A stretch of DNA of 64,000 nucleotides, from the NCBI GenBank assembly GCA_976551045.1, contig CDPCPM010000013.1, positions 26,846,001-26,910,000 of the forward strand, written 5' to 3'. Positions within the stretch are counted from its first letter, which is position 1. The number at the start of each line of letters is the position of its first letter. The notes below the pieces were generated by a model that did not search any database, had not been told where the DNA came from, and saw only the letters and a program-made list of their open reading frames with translations. This document shows positions 36,861-49,700 of this stretch, piece after piece. The position numbers and the translations under genes were made by a program. The stretch comes from Glaucostegus cemiculus. Its lineage: Eukaryota.

Positions 36861-38919
36861 CAAAATCAATGTACTAAATCAAGTCAAAATCCAGTGCACC
36901 AAAATTTTTGGCTAGCAGTATTAGAGCCCACAAGATAGTACCACAAACAGTTTTATGCTTACGAGCTCATTATTTTCTTTCTTGTTTTAGACAAGTATTT
37001 TCTTCATTCCTTTTCCTAGAATATTGGCAATGATTTCAACAATAGGCAATGGCTGAGAGACCAGTCTGCTACATTCATCTTTCAGTGGGGCTCTGTAAAT
37101 GGCTTGTGTAAGGTGATTGATCTTCTGATTATCCTTCCTCTTAACTGGGGGTGGCCTGACATCTGTTCAGCACAGTAACATGGTTTAGATCATGGATGAA
37201 ATCCTCTGTCTTAACATTCTAGGGCATGGTAAATTGGAACTGAATTGTATTTCACTATCTGCTGCTCTTGGGATTCTTTAAGTTTCTAGTAATGTAAATA
37301 GAAACTCCAGGGTAATGCACCTTTAATTGAGTTATATTTGTGTTCAAGACAATTTATACTGAATGTGCAATTTCAGTATAGTAATTTTTATATAATGGCA
37401 CTCACAATTGTTTTTAAGATACCCTGCATTTACCTTGTAATGCAGATCTGAATGGATTTAATTAAGAAAGTTTTATTCATCATGGTAAACATGAAATATT
37501 TTACTTTGTTGGATGAAGATGGTCAGAGTATGGCACCAGTGCCTTCATGGTAAAATATAATGAAGTGGCATTGTGAGTTTTCACAGTTGGGAGGAATAAT
37601 TCTTCCTCCAAACAAAAATTAAGACTTCAGTATTATCTACCTCAATTACTAAATAATTTAAGTGAAACAGTTGCCTTCAAATCTATCAGGACCATTTTAT
37701 AAAAAAAAAGTATAATTGCTTTGAACAAAAAGTGGATTTAAGATCTTTTTCAGAACTTATTCATCATTGTTCCAAGCATGTTATCTTTCAATACGTTGCA
37801 CCCTTTTTTACATTGCTGATTACAGAACTTTGCAACTATTTGAGTCTATGTGAAATAGAAGCCACCTCGAATCACAGAGGTGGAGATTTCATTTGAAGCA
37901 AACCTAGTATATTTCATGTTGTCTGAATGATGTGATTTTGTGCAACTTAAACATTCTTACACGCACCCTCGAATACAAAGCAAGTAAAACATTAGTCCTT
38001 CAAATACATAAATCACTTTTCTGTCTGTTTGGTGGATGAATAATTATATCTGCACTTGTCATAATGTTTTATTTACTTCATTTATTCTTAACTGAAGTGG
38101 TATTTACTCTCTCCGTGCCTTTGTCATACCAGCCTCCTATGGAATATATCAAAAGGTATGATAAGGAAACATGAAAGTCTAAAACACAACAGAAAAGTTC
38201 CACTAAATTGCTGGGCAACATCTTTGAAACTGAGCTCTTTGAGTTGAAGCAATTTTGTGACTTAACTTGCTAGACAAAAAGTCATTACGTCAGGCAGGTG
38301 TTATGTCCACATTTCTGGTGTCAGGTCAATAGATTTGTTCTTGTCCATTTAATGGTAACAGTATTTTGAACTGAAAGTTGCTGGAAGAGCTAGATGGAAA
38401 TGGTGTGATGCAATTCTGGCAACTGGGATCCGAGGTAACAGGGTACCCAATTATTTATCTCCTTAAGCATCCAGACTGAAGCACTGTTGTAGGTTTAAGA
38501 GAGAAGAGGAAGAATTAAATCTCCAAGCTCAAGCAAAATCTGGAAAAAAATGAGACCAGATTGGTGGTAGTTTTCACTGGCAGGGAGATTGACTGGCAGT
38601 CATTCACACTTATCACACCAGTGAAAGACTACTTAGATGTGAAATGATTTGACTTATTATTCTTTATGTGCTTCCTTCAGACCAATTGTGCAAGTATATG
38701 AAATTTTACATCATCTCTGTATTTGTGCAAGGAATTTGAAACCAAGATGTTGGTTTTGAGAAGCTAATGTAAAAATGTTGGATCACTAATACTAATGTCC
38801 TTGTTTAATTGCACCTCCCCACACACTTGAAGTTGTAGCATTTGTGTATAAATAACCACGAGTACTACTGTCCTTGCAGATATTTTGAGAGAAAGATATT
38901 GTCCACCGCTGAAAAGAGA

Positions 38920-39210
38920 AGACTCATTGTGGGCCTGGAGTCACATATAGGTCAAACAAGGTAAGGATGGTGAATTTTCTTCCAAAGGACATTTGTGAAT
39001 GAAATGGGTTGATACAACAATCCAGGGGCTTCATGATTATCATTACCAGTTTCATCCAAACTTTATAGAATGTAGCATTTTTCATTTCATTTAATTACTT
39101 GAATTTAAATTCTCCATCTACCACGTGGGATTCAAACTCATTTACCTGGGTTAATGGTCTAGTCATCAGGATGCTAATCCAGTAATCTGACTTCAATGGC
39201 ATTGTCCCCC
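38920..39210 (-). mobile_element. tRNA-derived SINE, same family as 23495
   Basis: gggcctggagtcacatataggtcaaacaagggtaaggatgg...gtgggattcaaactc (B-box on the minus strand). Confidence 0.6.
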
Positions 39211-41499
39211 TACTCCATCACAAATCATATTTGGGCTGTATTGAATATCTAACTTCTGAACTGTTCTTTTTAGCACAATGCTTATAGTTAAATTTCTGAT
39301 CCAAGGTCATCATTTCCTCTCCATCCTCACTTCAGATGTTGATGGCGAAGACTGGCCTTTGTGACAGTGGGACCCTCAGAAGGAAGCCAAGATGGATCTT
39401 CTATTCAACACAATTGAATAAAGCTGCCTGCAAACATTTCAGCTTTTGTACTCATATGCTTTGTTCTATATTTGTGGTTTAATTGTTCACCACCATTTAC
39501 ATCAGAATGTAGCAGTTTTTATCTATTTCGGCGATTGTAGAATGACTTGACACTGCCAATGGTGCCCTACCTCTGCTGTTTAGAATATACATAATTGGGT
39601 ATTATGGCCTTTTTAGATTGGAATCTAATAGTTAGGTATGCCTGGAGCTACTGACCCGTTGATCAGTAGCAGCAATGGTAAACTGAGCAGTGAACAATAC
39701 CACAATGTTATAGATTGTGAGGGATTACAATTTAGTTCCATCACTGGCTCACACCTCACAACTGACCAGCTTTGAACCACTTAATCTATTCTAAATCTAT
39801 CCCACTCAGCAATCAAGTATTCTTTAGACCCTTGGTCCAGTAATGTAGCCATGACACTACTATGTCCTCAGTATACAAGCAATTGGACTACTGGACGTGA
39901 ATTTGTTCAGTATTTTGAACTGTAATTTCTATTACCATAGTTGTAATCTCATCTTTCATTCTGCTATGGAGTATTGCAATTGCATGCTTGTCCATTACTT
40001 TGTACCCTTGAAAAATCACTTGGGAACAGTGGTAATTACTGGTCATAACCAGCTTAATTTTTTTTTTGGTCATTAGGAATGAAATTCTAGATTGAACAGC
40101 AAGAGGCAGAAGAGATAAAGATGTTACATATTCATCAGGTAATACCTTAAGCCACATCTGCATATTTTGAGACTTTTGCTTTGTCTGAGCATTTTGGGCT
40201 TCCAGAATTGTCATTTATATTTATATAGAATAAATTTAAGTTACAGGTAGTGTAATTTTAGGTCAGTGAATAGAAGTTATTGTGCTTAGTTGAAGGAAGC
40301 ATAGGACAGGGATTCAAGGTGATCAGCAGAGTTACTCACTTTGTAGCATCTCTTTTATGTAATGCATGGGTGATATCAGCAGGTTTAAACAACATTTCTT
40401 TTATCAGTCAGACATAGAAGTAAAGATTAATCTACATCTCTATTTAAAGGTATGCCAACTGAGAATTTCCAATAATATAATGCAATGCTTCTCAGAACTC
40501 TAGTTGAACTTCTTCACAAAAGGTGGAAAAAATGAACAGCTTACTCACTACTTCATGTAAATTTAGAAGATATGATTCTCTGTATCTTACATAATATTCC
40601 ATTTCACATTTAAAATTGGAAGAATGTTGTTGCAAAGCAAACACTGATGCTTTTAACTTGTAATTCGGTACTCAGAGGGTTTCTATGGAGTGCCTGCATA
40701 TTTACAAAACAACTTTTGAGTCAAAGCCTGTAATTACAGGCCAATCACTCAACACAGAGCTCTTGAACCCATTAAAGTTTGGGCATGGTTGGTCAAAGAT
40801 TTGGGTCAGAAGTCAAGGTCACATACTTCAGCAAATCTGGTTCCAGGCATTTTTCAAACTGTTCCAAAGCTAAACTTTGTTTCAAAAATAATGGATACCT
40901 GGAAGTGATTATAAAGCAGTAATCTAATTGAGGGGTTCAGATGATATCATAAACCATGGAGACCAAAGCTCAGTTCTTTATAATTACCATTTGAACCCCA
41001 AGATTTGATTACAACTGTAAAATCCATCACTGGTATATTTTATTGTGTGCGTTTTTTATGTATGTGGTTTATTTTCATGTATGTGTCTGTATGTGGGTGG
41101 GTGGGTGGCAGGGTTGGGGGTGGGCGGGCAGTGGTGGGCTTTCCGTTTCTGTTCCTTTTCTGTGTTGCAGCAGCTGTCGTTACAGACAGCAGTGGTAGTG
41201 TGCTGTAGGTCATTGATGCGTGATGGTATTCACATAAGAGGATTAATGATTGTGACATAATTGTTACAGGTTTATTTGAAATAATGTGCAAACAATTACT
41301 GGGAAACTCTATGTCCAGTGTCTGTAACCATTATTATTAATAAACAAAGTCTTGTCCCTGAAATTAAGTTGTGGTATGTTACAAGGTTTTCTGATAAAAT
41401 AGTAAGAACAGCAAACCTCAATGTTAAATATTCACACAATAATGTTGCACAGCTTAATTTCAGGGTTTTGGGGCTATGTATCAATGAATTTAGGTGAAT

Positions 41500-42180
41500 T
41501 TAGGAACTGGAGTGGGCTGTACAGTCCCTCCAATCTAGTCAGAATGCCACCTTCATTTATGTGCCTTTGATCCGTATCCCATGTTACCTGAACTAATCAA
41601 AATCTATCTGTCTCCATCTTGAAATTTTATTTGATCAGTATCTACAACATTTAGAGGAAGAGTTGCAGCTTTCTATCACTCATTCTATGAAAAGGTGCTC
41701 CTCAGTTTCACCCTTAAATTGGCAGGCACGGTAGTGTAGCGGTCAGCGTAACGCTATTACAGTGCCAGCAACCCAGCTTCAATTCTGGCCACTGTCTGAA
41801 AGGAGTTTCTGGATGGGTTTCCTCCGGGTGCTCCGGTTTCTTCCCACATTCCAAAGACGTACAGGTTAGGAAGTTGTGGAGTGCTATGTTGGCACCGGAA
41901 GCGTGGCGACTCTTGCAGGCTGGCCCCAGAACACTCTACTCAAAAGGTGTACTTCACTGTGTGTTTTGATGTGTATATGACTAATAAAGATCTTATCATA
42001 TCTTACTCTAAAATTAATAATATGCATCCTTGTTTTGAATACCCTGGGTAGAGAAGATAGTTTTGAGATCTGGCCTGCAATCCTTTTATAATTTTATTGA
42101 TCTCAATACGATCACCACTCAACCCTCTGAACTCAAAAGAATAGAAGCTTAACCCTTTAAGCCCTGGTATAATTCTTATG
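41500..42180 (-). mobile_element. Old CR1-type LINE 3' fragment interrupted by a V-SINE
   Basis: taggaactggagtgggc... and gaggaagagttgcag...tcacccttaaat resume after 42005 as ...tctcaatacgatcaccactcaaccctctgaactcaaaagaata, typical of reverse-strand CR1 ORF2 ends. Confidence 0.55.
41721..42005 (+). mobile_element. V-SINE (HE1-like)
   Basis: tRNA-like head ggcacggtagtgtagcgg...ttcaatt, V-domain gggtttcctccgggtgctccggtttcttcccaca, and a tail ending actaataaagatcttatc. Confidence 0.85.
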
Positions 42181-43004
42181 GATTCTGTGGGATCAGCATA
42201 TATTAACTGTCATTTGGAACCCACAACTGATAGATGAGGGATAGTGACAACAATTTTGTTAACCAAATTCCCACTCTTCTCAGAAATTGTAAGAACTGAT
42301 TCTAAACCTTACTTGGCTGACAGGAACATAGTGAGCAGGCTGTTAAAATGGGCAAATGAGCCTCGCAACTTATTTGCACTAATCCTGCCTCTACTTCTTT
42401 GACTACAATGTTAACTTGCTCTACAGGGCTCTCAAGAAGGCAGCGGTTCTCCGTTAAACATGCAGATTAGGTTAAGATGGCATCGTTAGACCCAGTCCAG
42501 TTGGAGTATCAATTGTGGCTTCCCTGATGAGCCAACAAAATAAATGGCACATTAAGCTCAGGCAAGAAGGGATCGAGAAAGAAAAGTGATTTTTATATTG
42601 TTTCCCTAATTTTGAGGGACTAGGAATCCTTGGCTTTCCCCCTCTCTCTCTCTTTTCTTCTGATGCCCCATCCAACCATTTAACTAAGCACTTAAGGATC
42701 ATTCTTTCAGGACTACGGTAATGGGCTCCTGGCGCTTCACCCCACTCATTGGGATGAAGGGTCGTTGGGTAGTTGCTACTTTCAGGTAATTCTGATTTAC
42801 AGTGTAGCCTAAGCAGATGTGGCCCATGAATTAAAATTTCTTGTGTGGGTTAAATTTTGGATGTCAAGAAAGTTTGTCAGCTGTTTCAATCATACAACAT
42901 AGTGAATAATTTAAAATTGGAGCTTGTGATCCAATTAGTATTCCACTAAAATTAGTGTCCTTGAAACTCAATCACAGAATATTCCTTACTTTAGTCAAAT
43001 CAGG

Positions 43005-43158
43005 TACAATGACAACATTTAAAAAATATTTGGACAGGTACATGAATAGAAAAGATTTAGAGGGATTTGGGCCAAACACAAGCAAATGGGGATAATTTAG
43101 ATGGGCATGGATGAGTTGGGCTGAAGAGCCTGTTTCTGTGCTGAATTACTCTATGACC
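43005..43158 (+). mobile_element. HER1/CR1 LINE 3' end
   Basis: catttaaaaaatatttggacaggtacatgaatag...gggctgaagagcctgtttctgtgctg...ctctatgac. Confidence 0.75.
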
Positions 43159-43230
43159 TTATACCATTCCAGTGATTGTTTCAGGCAAGTGATGCCACTA
43201 AAACATTCAACTGCACCATGACAACCAGTG

Positions 43231-43456
43231 CAGGCCATCCCCAGGTAACAAATGGATTTTGTTTACACAAACGTCCATAGTCGATTTTATAAATCAAAAA
43301 ATACAAAAAAAACCACTCGATATGGTAACCGTACATCCACAGTATTGTAATGAAACCACCTATGACTTATAAGAAAGGACAACTACTAAAAGTAGATATT
43401 ATGGGAGCTCGTTCATACGTCCATAAGTCAAGTATTTGTAACCCAGCGATGGCATG
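43231..43456. mobile_element. Tc1/mariner (Tigger/pogo-like) MITE
   Basis: Imperfect ~23 bp TIRs: caggccatccccaggtaacaaat versus the reverse complement of atttgtaacccagcgatggcatg. Flanked by TG on the left and TA on the right, consistent with a mutated TA target duplication. Confidence 0.6.
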
Positions 43457-44309
43457 TATAAGCAAACTTTTAGAAACCTTTTTGCACATATGCAGATGAA
43501 TATAATGAGGTTAACAATATTTTATACAATATTGTATTCTTTGGCAATCCATGATTTTTCTACAACACTTTATCAATTTATTCTATTGTGCCTAGAAACT
43601 GGGCCCATTAATGCACATTTTTTTGTATGGAAATCACACATTAACATTCTGCACATCAGCTATTTGGCATATAACCGATCATGCTAGGGATCGCACCCAT
43701 GTTAATTAGTGACCATGGGGAAGCTGGCTTGTGCACTTCCCTGCATGATTTACCTGAGTACACTTGACACTTGCCCAGTATTAGTCACACAACTGGGGAT
43801 GTCAGAAATCGTGAAGAATGTGTTTTCTCCACTGCCACAAGGAATTTGGGCTTCTGAGGGAAATCTACAACTATTTTGGTAACTCTCAAAAAAAAACTAG
43901 CAGCACATTGCACAGGAATGAGACTGCATTAAAGAGTCTGTGATGTAACATGGATACGTTGCATCCTGCACCTCAGCCTCACTTTTCACTGGCCAGCATA
44001 ATGTTAACTAATTCACTGGAGCTCTTCACTGATCACAGCTTATTGTGAGCTGCATACAGCAATCACAGGCTCCTTGATCAGCCTCCATTTTGCTGTTTGG
44101 GGCCACCTACAGCACAGGGGTTGGTTGCGCTTGCTTATCACATGGCTGAGGCAGGGGCAGGGTAAAGAGACACCATGTCCACCTTCTCCAATGTTTTACT
44201 GCACCTGTGCGGCAGCCTTTTCTGCCACTCTACTGTGACTTCCATGAGTTCCTTAAGCATTACTATATTTATTGGTGGTCAGCAGAAGAATCTCACGGTA
44301 CAAGGACAG

Positions 44310-44462
44310 AAGAAAGTAGAAGCATGAGTAGACTGCTCGGCTCCATAAGTCTGCTCTGCCGTTCAATATGATCAAGGTTGATTTATGCTGACCTCAACTC
44401 CTTATCTGTGCCAGTTCCCTACAACCCTCAATTCTTCAATCTCTTAGATATTTACCTATCTC
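44310..44462 (-). mobile_element. CR1-type LINE 3' end
   Basis: agaagcatgagtagactgctcggctcc...ctgctctgccgttcaatatgatcaaggttgat...cctcaactcc. Confidence 0.6.
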
Positions 44463-44959
44463 ATGAGCCACGAGATCTGCACAGGTCCCATTCAAGTGCA
44501 TGAATTAGTGTGCAAAATGCCATGATACTGCTTTAAATGTATTTTCGTGTGATTTCATTAAAATTTTTAGGAGAGTGATGGAACATTACCACCATGTGCT
44601 ACATATGTTTAGTGTGCCAAAAGAGGATGAATTTCAGCTTGCAGGCATTGGCATTTTTATAATCACAATGCCAAGGTCATATAAGTAGCTACCAGTGCAA
44701 ATGTCAAGGCAATAAACTTCCATACAAAGTTACCTCCATTTAACCTCTAATTATATACAATGTGACCTGTTTTGAAAATATTTTTTGGGACCTCTGATTC
44801 TGATTATTATCCTATGGTACAGCAAAATTAATAAAGATTACTCCTCCCAAAAAATCAATTTCTAAGAAAAATGTCTTTTTGAAAAAAATAATTTTAGACG
44901 TTCTATTTTCCACTAAAATATGTATAAGAGGAAAACTTTCCATGGGCTGGAATCATAAC

Positions 44960-46165
44960 CTGCACAAAGCAAGATAGTTGTGTGCGTTGGATGTTAATCA
45001 TCCCAGCTTCAGGATAACACTGCATTAGTTCTTCAGGGCAGTGTCCAAGACAAAGCTGCTTCATCAATGGACTTCCTTCCATCATAAGGTCAGAAGTGGG
45101 GATGTTTGCTAATAATTGAATATTATTCATTTCATTAGGAAACTTCCCAGACAACTGAGTCGTCTATGCCTGTATGCAGCAAGTCCTAGACAACATGCAG
45201 GCATGGGCTCATAAATGGCGAATAATATTCAGTCGCAAAAGAGGCAGAAAATGACAACATCTAACAAGGGAGAACCTAACCATATCTTTAATATTCAATG
45301 GCAATACCGTCATTGAGGCCCACTTTTTTGTCAATCTAGAGTCACCATTAATCAGAAATGTAACTGCATCAGCCACGTATACATCACCATCACCCTCACT
45401 GCCATTCCATCACTCCTGCCTTCCACACTATCACAGACCATCTCTTGTGTTCTGTGCCCACTCCCTCTTCTTCTGCACCATAAAATGTGCTTCATCTCCT
45501 ACTTTTACCAATTCTGATGAAAGCATTTTTTTTTTTGCTTTTACTTTCAATTTCTATCAATCTCAATATTTTCCATTCACAGTCACACTTCAGCAGTCTG
45601 GTTTATAGGAGCAGATGAGAGGCTGGATAATCCAAAGCCTGTAACTCATCTCCTGTCCCTCTAAAGCCTTTCCACCATCTACAAAGCACAAGCCACGGGT
45701 ATGATGGAATACCTTCCAAATGCCTGGATGGGAATACCTCCAAATATAGTCAAAAAGCTCAGCAACATCCAGGAAAACAACAGTGTTTTACTGGCACCAT
45801 CCACCATCCTAAATATTCTCTCTCTCCATCACCTGTTCACCATGATTAGAGTGTGTACCATCCACAAGATGCACTCATTTACTTACCTAGAGAAATCCAA
45901 CAGCACTTCCAGTACCAAGAAGAACATGAACTCAGACACATTGGGAACATCACCGAACTGCACACCATTCTAGTTTGGAAATACGTTACTGATCTTTTAT
46001 TACTGGATGTAGATTCCAGAATGGCCTACCCACTAACACCTGCAACAAAAGAACCTGTTCAAGATGTTGGCTTACTTATCAGCCTCTCAAGGAGAATTAG
46101 GCATAGGCAACAAATTCTGCTGTTGCCTGCAATACTCATATTCAGTAAATGGATAAATAAAAAAT
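44960..46165 (+). mobile_element. Decayed CR1/L2-group LINE with reverse-transcriptase remnants, interrupted by a Penelope fragment at ~45380-45560
   Basis: cagggcagtgtc = QGSV; agctgcttcatcaatg..cttccttccatcataaggtcagaagtggggatgtttgct = SCFIN.LPSIIRSEVGMFA (FADD region); atggaatac...aatgcctggatg = MEY..NAWM. The 3' tail matches the minus-strand copies at 15625 and 24065. Confidence 0.8.
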
Positions 46166-46554
46166 ACACATGCAGCCTATTTACAGGATTGCAACAGAAA
46201 CTTCCATAATTCTCATTTGTGCATGGCCACTCATGTTGAAGAAACTTCCTCAGTACTTGTCATAAGGGACACCTGCCTGTTCATGGTCCAGTCTAGTGTT
46301 GGGACCCAACCTGGGTTGGTACCCTTTTAAATAAGTACTAACCCTGTTCTTCTTCAAGCTCCATAACCCCATCAAGAGCCATGCCACATCTAAGCTTGTG
46401 AACGTCACCTACCCCGCCCCAACATACCACCTGAGCTGAAGACCATTTCTTATTCCCATGACCACCGACAATAACCCCCTTCCCAGAGCCAAGGGATCTC
46501 CTGACACTGGTTTGGGAGACAGACGGGTGCTAGAACCACCACAGATGGATCATT

Positions 46555-46700
46555 AGCAACACACAAAATGCTGGAGGAGACCAAATGAAGGGTCTCAACC
46601 CGAAACATTGACTGTCTATTTCCCTCCACAGATGCTGCCTGGCCCGCTGAGTCCCTCCTGCATTTTGTGTGTTGCTCCAGATTCCAGCATCTCTTGTGTT
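46555..46700. mobile_element. Palindromic Penelope terminal-repeat-derived element
   Basis: acacaaaatgctggagga ... gaagggtctcaacccgaaacattgactg ... cagatgctgcctggcccgctgagtccctcctgcattttgtgt. Confidence 0.8.
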
Positions 46701-49700
46701 TCATAGATTGATCATTGTTGTTGATGGGACTGATGCATATAAACACTTGGCAGTTTGGAGGGGTGGAGGAGGCCATGTTCAACACTACTTCTTCTGCCCC
46801 ATTCTATGATTTATAAGCAATCCAGGAAAGTTAGGCCACTTTTGGAAAAAAAAATGGTGGGCACTTTATAAGTCCAGGCCTCTTGTTTGCACTCTATGCC
46901 ACCTACGGTGCCCAATTTAGGTGCAACAATAGGTAAGCACAGTGAAGATTCTTTATAATGAACTTAGAGTTTGCAGCTCTGAAATAGATCCTGCTTATCA
47001 GCTCTACAAGAGCATTGAATTGAGCTCTGTTTAAGGAAACTATTTGTTTCACCATTATCTTGGGGAGCTGTCTTCCTCTTATTACTGATTATTTCTTCTT
47101 GTGTCCTTGAAGTATCTAATAAGCAGAGAAGATAAAACAGATTAAATGATTTACCAGAATGGATTGTGAAGTGTGGACTGGCAACTATAATACTAGGTTT
47201 TGTATGTCAACATTCCACCAATGCTTCAAAGCACTGCACCATACACAATATTTTAATAATGTTCTGTTTCATCCAAGCTATTACTTGACAGCAGAGAATC
47301 TAACACTGGATTTTTTTTCTTTAAAGCTGTGTGAACATGTGTGTGTGAGATTCAAAAGCCATTCCAACATCAGCAAGTTGTATATTTCCTTTTTAATCTT
47401 CTATTGTTTGGGATTGTGACTATGCAAGGAGCTCTGTTCAATGGTTGAATTAAATAACATGCTTTCCTTTAAAATTCAGCAAAAGCTGATGTACAAAGGA
47501 ACAACATTTGCTGCAGAAGTTCAGAGATACATGCCATCCCTTGTTCATCTGTCCCAAGTACAAGGAATACGATGCAATAAGCTGTTATGTAGTTGATTCA
47601 ACTACATTGCTCTTCATTGCTTTGATTACAAGTACTGGAAGCAAAATAATGAAATCTACAGATTACTAGAAACACACACAGTCAATACCTGAATATAATA
47701 TTTTACATATCACAATTAATGGCTATCCTAATGGTCCTTGAGTCAAACTTTGGTCAAGGTATCAGAAAATTAATGAAAGGTACATGTTCTGGTTACAGGA
47801 ACCCTCTGTGATCACATAACAAGGGAAGGTGTATTCATAATAGTGACAGATAATAGATGCTTCAAATAATGCCATGCATTTGGCTTCTGTGATCTCTTGC
47901 TTAGTATGGAGCAGCTCAAATAAAGAAATTGTAGATCTTACCTTTATTGTAAATTCTACTGCACCTTTGGGATACAGTCTTGTGAAGATGCAGCAATTCT
48001 TATGTATTTCATTACAGGAAATAATTAAGTGCATTGCTTACCTTAGATACGTCTATAGATAGTATGATCAAATCAATCAGCAACTACTACTTGATCCTAA
48101 TTTTGTTAGCAGAACGTAAGTTTAAAAATTCACAACCTTAGCTTTACTTCAACACTCTAAGCAAGAATACTCATGGACGATAGTCAAGGTCTATGTCCAG
48201 GATACATATAAAAAAGTCTAGATGGAGCAGTGAAATTGCTCCCCAGATTGTGCTTGTAAAAGAAGGGAAAAGGAAGCCATAGGCTGTCTGGTAAATATTT
48301 AATTAGTTTTAGAAATCAGCAAAGACCTCAATTGTAATTGGAAAATGTGGCTATTATAATGATAGGCTAGATTTAGTGATGAGTTCCTGGAACTTTAAAA
48401 AGAGGTTCATAATTTAAAATATGCTTTCAGCTAGTGACTGACTAGTGAGATCTCCAGACAGACAGTACAGATTCTTAGTTGATGTTTGACTATGATTAGT
48501 TTGGGAAAATAATTTCATTAATACATTGTAGGAATTTAAGAACTTGTAGTACAACAATGGTGAACAGGAGGTGCAGAAACAATAGCAAAGACATCTGTGG
48601 GCATATGAAATGCAGACTGATTCACCTATTTTTAACATTATTGAATATGATACCCAAAATCATAAATAGATATGCCCATATCTAATGTTCTCTTTCTTAC
48701 TGATTGAGTGTCCAGGAAAAACTCACACTAGATCTCTGGTCTGAGCTGGCTGACCTCAGCTGAAATGGCAGTTGCAGCCATTAGCAACGGCTTCAGCACC
48801 CTATGTGAGAGAAGAAAATAATATCCTGTGGTTCCTGATCTTGATCCATAGAAAATGATTACTGCTAGGAAGTGCATATATGTGGATATCAAGAGCAAGA
48901 CTAGACTTGCCTTTGATATCAAATCCCAATAGTCAATTCGCTGACAGACTCACATGCAAAGAACAAGAGGTGGATTAGAAATCAGAACTGCTGGTGCTCA
49001 GAAAATCATGCAGAATTAGTAGATGGTATCTGTGGCATTCAACAGAAAAAAATAAGAGTTATCAGCTGTAGGCATACTGTTATAATATTGTGGTTCTGAA
49101 GCCAAGAAGCAAACATGATAGGGACTTAACATGTCCGAGACAACAAGGTGAAAAACATATTTGAAGCTAGACCCAAGATATTGTGCATGGAAAGAGTCTA
49201 AGTATTGTATGAGAGGGGAAATCTATAATCAGGTGAAATATAGTTGCCATCAGGGATTATGGTTGTGGGAGCATAACTTTCCAAGTTTATTGTTATCTCT
49301 TCATTGCCATAACTGCGTATCTTTAGTAAGTCCAGAAAAGATGTAAGCAGAGTAGAGAAGTGGTTGGTTAGCAACATAGCCATAAAGATATCAATTTACA
49401 CCAATAAAGACTCCTATTCTCTACAGATGGCTGCACAAAATCATTATAACTTTAGATATATATTGAAACACATCTGGTAACTATCTTTGTTAAGTTCAAT
49501 CTGTCCTCAAGTAAGAGATACCTGTAGAGTTTGAAAAAATTGGATGAACTTGTCATTTTAGATATTAATGAAGTGAAAGGTCAAGAGCCATACTTGCTGT
49601 TTCAAAAATCTGGATCAAATAACCATTTTTATTGTAATTTGAGACTAAATAACAAAATTGTATCAGTAAGTAGTTTTGAAAATATAATTCCTGAAAATAT

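Noticed and set aside
41095-41140. G-rich tract with G4 potential
   Set aside because: Isolated low-complexity sequence with no supporting context.
45701-46209. 90-aa and 118-aa ORFs
   Set aside because: Fragments of a decayed LINE ORF2.
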